Numbered from the stretch's first letter, positions 49,152 through 56,910 are shown. The stretch: DNA of 64,000 nt from an uncultured Thermoplasmata archaeon (GCA_963768855.1 CAVYJM010000012.1:58961-122960), one strand, 5' to 3'. Notes: generated by a model from the sequence alone, not told the origin. A program made the numbers and translations.

Positions 49152-49345
49152 GCGATCCCTTGAGGCTCTGGAAGCCAGTCCCGAGCGCAATCGTCGACGA
49201 GCCGCTCAACGCCGACGTGGAGTGGGCGCTGGTCGATCTCACGACCGGGAAGGTGGTCGTCCGGGTTACGGATGCCGAGATGGAGGCTCGATGCCCTGAG
49301 TGCGGCCTGCTCCACGGCGGCGGGGACTCCGACCGGGATGACTGA
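49148..49345 (+). CDS. Small hypothetical protein with CPECG motif
   Basis: ATGA overlap and GAGGG SD; RCPECGLLH could bind zinc. Confidence 0.6.
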   Translation: MSDPLRLWKPVPSAIVDEPLNADVEWALVDLTTGKVVVRVTDAEMEARCPECGLLHGGGDSDRDD

Positions 49346-49529
49346 GCAAGCCTGCCGTCCAGCTGGGTGAAGGGTCGTCCCCTCTGGCCCCGGCCCGGTG
49401 GATCTCTCCGCCCTTCATTCGGAAGGGGGTCCGAGGCCGGCTACCGGCTTCCCAGTGGACGGAACCGGAGGCGCGATCTACCTATCCGCTCACTAAGATT
49501 GATAAGTCGATTCCTGCGCATCCTTGGTG

Positions 49530-50105
49530 ATGGAGCGACGAAGACCCTCTGCTACGTTGCCTCGCCGCGTGCCCGAGGCCCCGCACAGTTCCGGGGTCGT
49601 CATCGAATGGCACGGAAGGGACATCACCCAGGGTCGGGCGCGGTCCGAGCCTCGCCCCATCGCCTACCCCGATTGGATTGGACGGTGCCGTATGCTACAG
49701 CCCGGGTGTCGGAGGTTCTACCTACGGTGGCGTAAGGACAAGGCGCCCGTTTGCCCAAATCCTCGCTGTCGACGGAGACTCTACACACTCCGCAAACTCC
49801 GTCGGGAGGGGCGGTTGACCAAAGAGGAGTTCCGGTTCGAGGTGTCCGCCTTGGAGTTCGACTTCGTCGACCCCGTCCCGTGGCAGCAACGGGCGGCCGA
49901 GTATGCGGCCCTCAAGGCACGGCTGGGATGGTGCGAGGTCAAAGCCCCAGGATGCCGAGGCGTCGCGGTCGGTTGGAGGAAGGACCGCGTCCCGGCTCAG
50001 ACGGGCAACGGCCGAGCGCCGATAGCCTGCGGGAACGAGGCCTGCTGGCGCCGCGCCGCGGCTCTGGCGCACCGAGAACGAAGGAGGTCACGGACACGCC
50101 CTTGA
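49530..50105 (+). CDS. Basic protein with two tandem Cys4 repeats
   Basis: C-x5-GC-x6-WRKD...C-x4-C occurs twice. Confidence 0.65.
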   Translation: MERRRPSATLPRRVPEAPHSSGVVIEWHGRDITQGRARSEPRPIAYPDWIGRCRMLQPGCRRFYLRWRKDKAPVCPNPRCRRRLYTLRKLRREGRLTKEEFRFEVSALEFDFVDPVPWQQRAAEYAALKARLGWCEVKAPGCRGVAVGWRKDRVPAQTGNGRAPIACGNEACWRRAAALAHRERRRSRTRP

Positions 50106-50237
50106 CGCGTGCCGAACCCGAAGAGGGTCTTAGTGGAGTCCTACGAGGAATGCCAGTTATCCTGGAGGCCTGCCTCGGGGCCGTGGAAGATGCCCTGTCG
50201 CCGCAAGTTGGAGCCTCATCGGGGTGGTGAGGGAAGA

Positions 50238-50390
50238 ATGTCCGAGTGCACCCATATCCAGCCCTGTTTCTGCGGCCGTCCCCGAATCCGTCGGCGTCGG
50301 CGGTTCAGGTCGGGGAGACGTCTGAGGATGCCGTTCCAGCGGATTCGGCGCCCCAGTGTTCGCCAGGGGCGGCGTCCTAGGTCGGAATAG
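50238..50390 (+). CDS. Small Arg-rich ORF (50 aa, 18 Arg)
   Basis: ATG after GAGGG; sequence MSECTHIQPCFCGRPRIRRRRRF...; could be spurious. Confidence 0.35.
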   Translation: MSECTHIQPCFCGRPRIRRRRRFRSGRRLRMPFQRIRRPSVRQGRRPRSE

Positions 50391-50922
50391 TGGCGGATCT
50401 GGCTGTCGGGTGCCTGCCTCCAGCCATTTCTCGTTCTGCATTGTAGATTCAAGCGTCCGTGCTGTTGACAGACCCGCGCAAAGAACCAACGTGAGAACTG
50501 TTCCTTCATCGGACAGCTAACGGTACAGTTTCCTCGCGGTCCGGGATGCACGATTTGGCGCCGTTTCTGACGTCTGTCGTGACGATCGGTGGAGACTGTT
50601 CCCCCAAGTGGGTGCGATGCGTTGGGCGGACTAGCCCATTTCGCCCAAATCCGCCCATGACGGGCAATAGACGATTCGGCGCTCGCGTCCGGCCACCGGA
50701 CGGTGGCCGGACAGTCAGACGACGATAAGCGTGGGGAGGGTGCCCCCGCCCCGTCGCCCCCTCGGGAACCGCCTCAAGCCACACTTTCCTGCATCGAATC
50801 CAGCTCGCCCGCTATAGTTCCCGATTGGGTTACTTCCGACCGAAAAGTACTACTTGCCTGACGGTCCGTGTCGCGTTTCGGGCAAGCTCGAATCCGGCGA
50901 TCCATCGGAGGGCTGACTTCAG

Positions 50923-51978
50923 TTGGTGGCGAAGAGGACTTCAAGCGTTCTTTACCGGAGTGGCGGAGGGAGGGTACTCCTCTGCCCGAACCGCTCAAAA
51001 GTTGTAATGCCGACGTACTTTCCTGCTATCTCAGGAACAGGCACGAACGCACTCCCCCAGGATCTAGTCAGCTTGGTCGCGACCAGCTCCTACCCCCGGA
51101 TTCTCGTTTCAGCCTTCGACTTGACGGCTCTGCAGGTTGATCACCAGAGGAAGGCGATACACGACTTGGTCCAGTTCAGGAAGAGCGGCGGAGTGGTGCT
51201 GCTCGATAGCGGTGCTTTTGAGAGCTTCTGGCTCCGGGGGGACAAATGGACCTTCAAAACATACTCAGAAGCAGTCCGCCGGTTTCCCTCGGACTTCTAC
51301 TGCTCGTTTGACCAATATCACGTCCGAGGTCGGCCACGCAAGCCAGTTGGGATGCGTCTCGTCCAGGTGGCCGACTCCTCTGCAAAGATAAGGCCCGATG
51401 CAACCTGCCTCTTCATTGCCCGTGGGCCAACACCGAGCCGCCTCGTGACCGCTGTCAAGAGCCTGATCGATCGCCGCTCGGTTCCAGTGGAAGCGATAGC
51501 TGTCCCTGAGCGTGAATGCGGGCCAAATCTTCTCGCGAGGTCGAAGACCGTGGCTCAGGTGAGGTCTGTCTTGTCAGAGAGATCGGAAGGAATCATTCTA
51601 CATCTGCTCGGATGTGGCCACCCCAAGTCACTCGCGATCTACGCCTACTGCGGTGCCGACTCATTCGACAGCCAAGATTGGTCGCAACTGGCGGTCGATC
51701 GGAACACGCTTGAATTTGTTGACATAGCGCACCTTGAGCTCGTTCATTGCAAGTGTGGCGTCTGCAGCCGCATAAAGGTTGACAACTACCAGAGAACTCT
51801 CCTCCACAATCTCCTGTTCTATCAGGATTTCGCGATACAGCTACAGCGTATGATTCGGGAGAACACAATGCGAGACTTCTTGATGGCGAGGTTGGGGGAA
51901 CCGTTTCTGAAGAAGCTCGAGACGGCGGTTAGCATATCAGCTCCCTCTTCTCTAGTTTCCACAAATGTCGGAAATTGA
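50923..51978 (+). CDS. tRNA-guanine transglycosylase-fold protein (Cap10-like)
   Basis: MPTYFPAIS, VLLDSGAFE, CSFD, HLLGCG, GADSFDS and a C-terminal HCKCGVC...LLHNL zinc site; no PUA domain. Confidence 0.85.
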   Translation: MVAKRTSSVLYRSGGGRVLLCPNRSKVVMPTYFPAISGTGTNALPQDLVSLVATSSYPRILVSAFDLTALQVDHQRKAIHDLVQFRKSGGVVLLDSGAFESFWLRGDKWTFKTYSEAVRRFPSDFYCSFDQYHVRGRPRKPVGMRLVQVADSSAKIRPDATCLFIARGPTPSRLVTAVKSLIDRRSVPVEAIAVPERECGPNLLARSKTVAQVRSVLSERSEGIILHLLGCGHPKSLAIYAYCGADSFDSQDWSQLAVDRNTLEFVDIAHLELVHCKCGVCSRIKVDNYQRTLLHNLLFYQDFAIQLQRMIRENTMRDFLMARLGEPFLKKLETAVSISAPSSLVSTNVGN

Positions 51979-51984
51979 GGTGGA

Positions 51985-52698
51985 TTGGCCATGAGTTGGG
52001 CGAGCCCAGCATTTGTTCCGACCTCTGTGTTGCTCAGCTATTCAACTTTGAACGATGAGCAGCAGTGCCAAGAGTCGTGGACGACTATGAGCGAGCATCG
52101 ACTCTGGCGGGAACTCACACTATGCATTCTCTCTTCGAACACCCTCTTTGAGACCGCCGCCTCCGCGACCAAGTGTCTAGAGAAACGCGGCTTGCTGCGT
52201 AGGCTTAGACAGGAGCCAGACCCGAGGGTCGCTCGTACCGTCTATCGGGTTCTGGCTTCACCGCTCTTCCTGCCCACCTGTCAAGATGGCCGATTGCGGC
52301 GTTATCGATTTCCTCGAACGAAGAGTGACCAGCTCTTGGGGGCCGCCCGATTGGTCTATGTCGATCCCGATTGCGACGGGCTAAGGGAGATCCTTTCCCG
52401 CATGAGCTCTGGAGAAGAAGCTAGGGAGTACTTCCGATCGCATGTGCCCGGCATGGGAATGAAGGAGGCGTCTCACTTCCTCCGGAATGTGGGTTTTGCA
52501 ACCGACTTGGCAATCATCGATGTTCACATGAAGCGCTTCCTCCAGAGCATCGCAGCCATTCCGGACGAGATTCTCACAAGTACGAGGAGGAGGGACTACT
52601 TGAGACTCGAAGAATTGGTACGAGATATTGCAGAGGCAAACGACCTCTCCCTTCCTCTTTTCGACCTTGCAGTGTGGGAGTGTTTCAGGTTGGGATAG
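51985..52698 (+). CDS. HhH N-glycosylase/DNA lyase, 8-oxoG glycosylase type (Cap11-like)
   Basis: ELTLCILSS, RFPRTK, GMGMKEASHFLRNVG, AIIDVH. Confidence 0.88.
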   Translation: MAMSWASPAFVPTSVLLSYSTLNDEQQCQESWTTMSEHRLWRELTLCILSSNTLFETAASATKCLEKRGLLRRLRQEPDPRVARTVYRVLASPLFLPTCQDGRLRRYRFPRTKSDQLLGAARLVYVDPDCDGLREILSRMSSGEEAREYFRSHVPGMGMKEASHFLRNVGFATDLAIIDVHMKRFLQSIAAIPDEILTSTRRRDYLRLEELVRDIAEANDLSLPLFDLAVWECFRLG

Positions 52699-52702
52699 TC
52701 GC

Positions 52703-53371
52703 ATGACAATCGTTGCACTCGCTTCGGGCGGTCTCGATTCCTCAGTGATGATGGGGCTTATGAAACTCGAGGGAATTGATGTTCTGCCAGTGCACGTTGA
52801 CTACGGGCAACGCAGTGAAGCACAGGAATGGAAGGCGTGTCAAGCTTTCTGCACGACAGTAGGACTGAAGGACCCAGTGAGATTCGAGTTGCCTGCCCTT
52901 GGTCAGATTCCGAGTGGCCTGACCAACCCTCGAATTGATGTCAATTACGCCTTTTTCCCAACGAGGAATCTTCTGCTGCTCACGATCGGCGCAGCTTTCG
53001 CGTATTCGAAGAATGTCGATACGGTCGCGATAGGATTGATTGGGAACGCTGTGTTCCCAGATCAGACAGAGAGCTTCAGGAAGCAAGCTGAATCTGCAAT
53101 CGCGACAAGTGTTGCAAGAAATCTGAAGGTTGTGGCCCCCCTGCTCCTTCTGGACAAGGGGGAAGTCATGAGGCTGGCCCGAGCGGCGGCGTTGCCAATC
53201 GACCTGACCTACTCTTGTCACGTTGGAAACGTGGAACCTTGCGGCGTGTGCGCTGCTTGCCGCGAAAGGAAGGCCGCCCAAGCAGTTCCGGAATCCAGGG
53301 ATCTCAGCAAGCAGACTAGGGAGGCGCGGATACAACTCGGCACCGCGATCCGAGGTGGTCATAGTGGGTAG
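52703..53371 (+). CDS. QueC-like ATP pyrophosphatase (Cap9-like)
   Basis: SGGLDS, YGQR, PTRNLLL, FPDQ, TYSCH...PCGVCAACRER. Confidence 0.92.
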   Translation: MTIVALASGGLDSSVMMGLMKLEGIDVLPVHVDYGQRSEAQEWKACQAFCTTVGLKDPVRFELPALGQIPSGLTNPRIDVNYAFFPTRNLLLLTIGAAFAYSKNVDTVAIGLIGNAVFPDQTESFRKQAESAIATSVARNLKVVAPLLLLDKGEVMRLARAAALPIDLTYSCHVGNVEPCGVCAACRERKAAQAVPESRDLSKQTREARIQLGTAIRGGHSG

Positions 53372-53855
53372 CAGTGGGCATGTCGCTGCTTTTGGTCGGT
53401 CGGTCTCTGCATCTCATCGGATGTTCCGAACTGGAATCGATGAAGCTGAGCAGGCAACGCGAGGGCCGCCCAAGGTGAGAAATGTCTTCATAAGTTTTCA
53501 CGTCGGGGACGAGGCGCAAGTCAATCTTCTTCGATCACAATCGAAGAACGAGGACTTCGGCATGGAGTTCAGGGACTACTCCGTCAAAGAACCGTTTGAC
53601 GAAGCGTGGAAGCGCAACTGTGCTGATCGGATTGGACAGACATCCGTGACCATCTGCATGATCAGTCCCGACACCGCAAGTAGGGAGGCAGTCAATTGGG
53701 AACTCGAAGAGAGCTACCGACAGGGACATCAGGTGGTCGGCGTGCGGATATATCGCGATCGGAGCGACCCCGTGCCCGAACCGATTCTCCAGCACAACAG
53801 TCGAGTAATCTACTGGGATCGAGATGAGTTGAACAGATATGTCAAACACCAATGA
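53364..53855 (+). CDS. TIR domain protein (DUF1863/ThsB-like) with N-terminal extension starting (M)GSSG
   Basis: NVFISFH, DYSVKEP, TICMIS, VNWELEES (catalytic Glu at 53700), VVGVRI. GTG 53364 follows a GAGGTG SD and overlaps the QueC-like stop. Confidence 0.88.
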   Translation: MGSSGHVAAFGRSVSASHRMFRTGIDEAEQATRGPPKVRNVFISFHVGDEAQVNLLRSQSKNEDFGMEFRDYSVKEPFDEAWKRNCADRIGQTSVTICMISPDTASREAVNWELEESYRQGHQVVGVRIYRDRSDPVPEPILQHNSRVIYWDRDELNRYVKHQ

Positions 53856-54402
53856 ACCGGGTGGGGGTGTCTCAGTGAAGCCTCGCGACGAGTCAGATAA
53901 CCTGTTCCAGATTCCGAAGTCGCTCTATGGACCTCTTTATGAAGGGCACCTTCTCGAACAGTACAAGATCGCTGTTCAGATGGCCGACAATGTCAGCGGC
54001 CGGAGAATTACTGCGAACGAATTCTTCCTTGGCGTGAACTCTGTACTTGCCTCTCTGGCAGGTGCCGCAGTTGCTTTCGGAGGTTCTGCCCAGGGTGGAC
54101 TTCGTAGCGTGTCCGTCTCCCTAAGCGTAGTCGGCATCATATTCTCAGCAGTTTGGATCCTGACCCTGTCGACATACAGAGAGTTGAATCGTGCCAAATT
54201 CGAGGTCATTAACCGACTAGAACGGCATCTGCCCGCGGCACCATTCCTCGCAGAGTGGGAGTCGATAAGTCCAGCCCCATCCCGGGGGAAGGTCAAGCCT
54301 ACCCGGTACAGGGGTCTGACATCAGTCGAATCACTCGTTCCCGTAGGATTTGTTCTGCTATACGTGATCCTTCTGGTTGGAATCCTCCTAGGGGCGCTGT
54401 AG
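53839..54402 (+). CDS. Small 3-TM membrane protein, putative pore-forming effector
   Basis: EQYK...RR..AN.FF..N, W...Y..LN.AKF.VI..LE..LP, EW and a C-terminal TM. Overlaps the TIR stop. Confidence 0.8.
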   Translation: MSNTNEPGGGVSVKPRDESDNLFQIPKSLYGPLYEGHLLEQYKIAVQMADNVSGRRITANEFFLGVNSVLASLAGAAVAFGGSAQGGLRSVSVSLSVVGIIFSAVWILTLSTYRELNRAKFEVINRLERHLPAAPFLAEWESISPAPSRGKVKPTRYRGLTSVESLVPVGFVLLYVILLVGILLGAL

Positions 54403-54716
54403 ATTCACCACGGCATCGAAATTCGTACCTCGAGGGCTTGATGCCACGGAGGGACGCTCGGACAGTGCGGGGGCGAGATGATCACGCTGACGGGGGCGGA
54501 GACCCAAGCCTTCCTGCGCCTTTCTGCGCTCGGCCGAGGCAGCGGGCCGTGTGGAGCGCTTCGAGACGTGAGGCCCCCCACCCTGTCACGGGACCCTACC
54601 GCATGTACGGCCCGCGCCCAGACACTGAGCAAACGAACGGGCGCTCTCGGGCAGGTGTAAGAGGGGGCTAAAACAAGCAGCTGGGAAATGACGCATCCAT
54701 GGCGTTGAGAAACAGC

Positions 54717-55127
54717 CTAGCCTACACCGACTATTTGTGCTGTGTAGTTGTGTGTCTGGCAATCATTGACCTCGAACTGCCCCGTCTTTTGCTCTGATTG
54801 ACCCGCCTGCACGAGGAAGTCAGACTGCCCTACCTGTGCCCCATCAGACAGGAAGGCTACTGTGGCGTGTCCGTTTGTCATGCCACTGTTCCTCAGGATG
54901 AACGTCGCCTTTACCATTTGGTGATGGCCGCCGGTCGGGAAAATCCACCAGTAGTCGGTCTGGCAAGCCCCGGTGGTGAACTGCGGCACCGTCGTCTTCT
55001 CAATCTTGGGGCCGATAATCGGGGTGACCACGTTGGCGGTGAAGTAACCGGCTAGGTCGAGCGCAGTCAGCCCAAAGACAACAGTCACACCTATGGCAAC
55101 CACAAAGACGATTTTGACGTCGGCCAT
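54717..55127 (-). CDS. N-terminally anchored extracellular protein with a beta-rich (Ig-like) domain
   Basis: Hydrophobic N-terminus, two Cys and the pattern LRNSG..G.A.V. Confidence 0.65.
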   Translation of the reverse strand: MADVKIVFVVAIGVTVVFGLTALDLAGYFTANVVTPIIGPKIEKTTVPQFTTGACQTDYWWIFPTGGHHQMVKATFILRNSGMTNGHATVAFLSDGAQVGQSDFLVQAGQSEQKTGQFEVNDCQTHNYTAQIVGVG

Positions 55128-55227
55128 ATTCGGAACCCGTCCCTTCAGCTATGTGTGCTCTAGTTATGCTCTCGGCGGGGTGGGTGAAAGTGCTCGCCTG
55201 GCGCGTCATGGCTGTGGACCGTGAAGT

Positions 55228-55261
55228 GAAGGTGCCCGCCCTTGCGGGCGGGCGTGAGGGG
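55228..55261 (+). repeat. 34-bp palindromic direct repeat, copy 1
   Basis: GAAGGTGCCCGCCCTTGCGGGCGGGCGTGAGGGG; 33 of 34 bases identical to copy 2. Confidence 0.9.
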
Positions 55262-55295
55262 GTGGCTCTATAGAGCTGCAGGTAGATTGGTCACC

Positions 55296-55949
55296 ATGTC
55301 AGTCAGGGACTCAAATGACATCCTCACTGATGTCGAGGCTTCACTGCGAACCACATGGGACGTGGAAGGCTCGGGGTTCACGGATGCGGACTGGAAGGCG
55401 CTTTACTTTGACGCGATAGCGGGCCCGTGCTTTGATCGAGGCTACAGCGTCGCGTGCACTCTAACCAAGAGGCGCGACCATGAGCCCCCGATCGCCAAGA
55501 CGCCCGCCTTTGACAAGCACCGAGAAATGTTCGCCCTGAAGGAGCAAGCCTTGGACGTCCTCGCGATTGACCCCGCGCATTTGAAGCCGGTTCTCGGGGC
55601 AGAAGTTGAGTGGTCCGCGAACCGGAACCATCACACTAAGGAGAACGACGAAGTGACACGCAAGGTGTGGGGTAACGCAGTTCCTGCGGAAGGGTAGCTT
55701 GCCGAGGTCTTGTATGACCTGGGTCGACTGCTTGCAGTCAATCCCCCTCACATGGTTCTCGTCACATACCCGCCTAGAAAGGAAGGGCCGGCCCCGGTCA
55801 GTGAGCAAGTGCGGGCCATGTATGAACGAGCTTCTCATGGACGAGCGATGGGCACTTTGCTGCTCATGGTAGACAACGATCAGGGACAGCCTTATTTTGA
55901 GACCTTTTCCCCGCAAACTCTCGGCAAAGAAGGAATCATGACGGGCTGA
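55296..55949 (+). pseudogene. PD-(D/E)xK-like nuclease gene split by an in-frame TAG (55695-55697)
   Basis: LDVLAID...AEVEWS precedes the TAG and YDLGRLLAVNP.HMVLVT follows it in the same frame. Confidence 0.6.
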
Positions 55950-56001
55950 AGGGGGCACAGGCGGTGACCTGATGATTAACACCCGTGCGAGAGAGAAGAG
56001 C

Positions 56002-56035
56002 GAAGGTGCCCGCCCTTGCGGGCGGGCATGAGGGG
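56002..56035 (+). repeat. 34-bp palindromic direct repeat, copy 2
   Basis: GAAGGTGCCCGCCCTTGCGGGCGGGCATGAGGGG; 9-bp stem TGCCCGCCC/GGGCGGGCA with a TTGC loop. Confidence 0.9.
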
Positions 56036-56519
56036 AACCAAGCCAAGACCAGACTGCGTACCTGGGGCGGGGGTCTACCCGACCATCACACCTGAGTGAA
56101 ACACCCCGATCGGGATTCGAACCGGAGGGGAAAGGGCCGCCCCGTAGGGCGGCATGCGGGGACAGACTGGGAGACGACGGTCCTACGCCGAGGCACTAAA
56201 CCCGCTGAATATCGCCTCCGGCCGCATGGAGTAGTTATGAATCCGGACGGATTTGAACCGGGTCCGAAGACAGGGGAGCTGGGCGATAATGTTTCCAAAA
56301 GGGGACGGCGAACCCCCACCAGGTTCGAAGTCATATGGATTCGAACCTTCCGCGACGCAACCCGGAATCTCGCTGTGATGAATGAGTGAAGTCATCCGAA
56401 TGCTGGACCCTCTGTTTCCACGCCTCAAGCCTGGCGCTGCGGTCAGCTGTCCCGCCCCACAATCAGGCGGGCCGCGACCGCAAAGTAGGATACGAGCCGC
56501 GTCCATCTGACCCGCGCTG

Positions 56520-56834
56520 ATGCCCCAACGGAAGCTCGTTGCGACGCGAGTGGTCATGGAGGATTACGTCGAGCCCGCCATGGCCTATTACGAAGAAGTC
56601 CTCGGCCGGATCGCTCCATACTTCTTCGCGCCCAACCTCGCCCGGCTCGTCGCGAAGACGCTTGAACGCTGGCACTACGACGGCTCCGTAGTCTTCTCGA
56701 AGGTAGACCCGGAGCTCCAAGTGCGAGCAGAGTCCCTCTGGACCGAGATGATCCAAGCAGTCGCGCGAATGCCGGATCGTTATCCAAACACTGCGCAAAA
56801 GAACGATGGTGAGACACACGAGAGCAGCGATTAG
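56520..56834 (+). CDS. Hypothetical protein (possibly a gene fragment)
   Basis: Host-like codon usage and natural composition; no recognisable motif. Confidence 0.5.
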   Translation: MPQRKLVATRVVMEDYVEPAMAYYEEVLGRIAPYFFAPNLARLVAKTLERWHYDGSVVFSKVDPELQVRAESLWTEMIQAVARMPDRYPNTAQKNDGETHESSD

Positions 56835-56910
56835 TCCGCGCAATCTTCCTTGTGTCGGGCGGGCTCATCCTGGCCGTGTGGACAAGGACCGGCGGCTCGA
56901 GGCGCCATGG

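Larger units (their letters stand above)
46827..56035. mobile_element. tRNA-Ser-integrated element or defence island (right boundary not determined)
   Basis: The integrase converges on the tRNA 3' end and is followed by small orphan ORFs, a visible shift to A/T-ending codons and defence-type cargo. No attR was found by eye. Confidence 0.75.

Noticed and set aside
50923-53371. TGT and QueC as housekeeping archaeosine/queuosine genes or a Dpd DNA-modification system
   Set aside because: The TGT lacks the PUA extension. No queD, queE, folE or dpdB/C-like genes are adjacent, codon usage is foreign, and the genes are coupled to a glycosylase and a TIR. A phylogeny is still needed to exclude this fully.
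54478-54660. 60-aa ORF downstream of the membrane effector as a sixth operon gene
   Set aside because: It is separated by 75 nt, has no motif and has a composition typical of random GC-rich ORFs.
55695-55697. Pyrrolysine codon
   Set aside because: TAG ends many core genes in this window, and no pyl genes are visible.
56113-56440. attR copy of tRNA-Ser
   Set aside because: The best match is only 11 nt (GGTTCAAATCC) and is inverted. CCTGGCGCT at about 56430 is too short and imperfect.
56494-56520. Group II intron domain V (GAGCCG...)
   Set aside because: The rest of the DV stem and the downstream DVI do not match.
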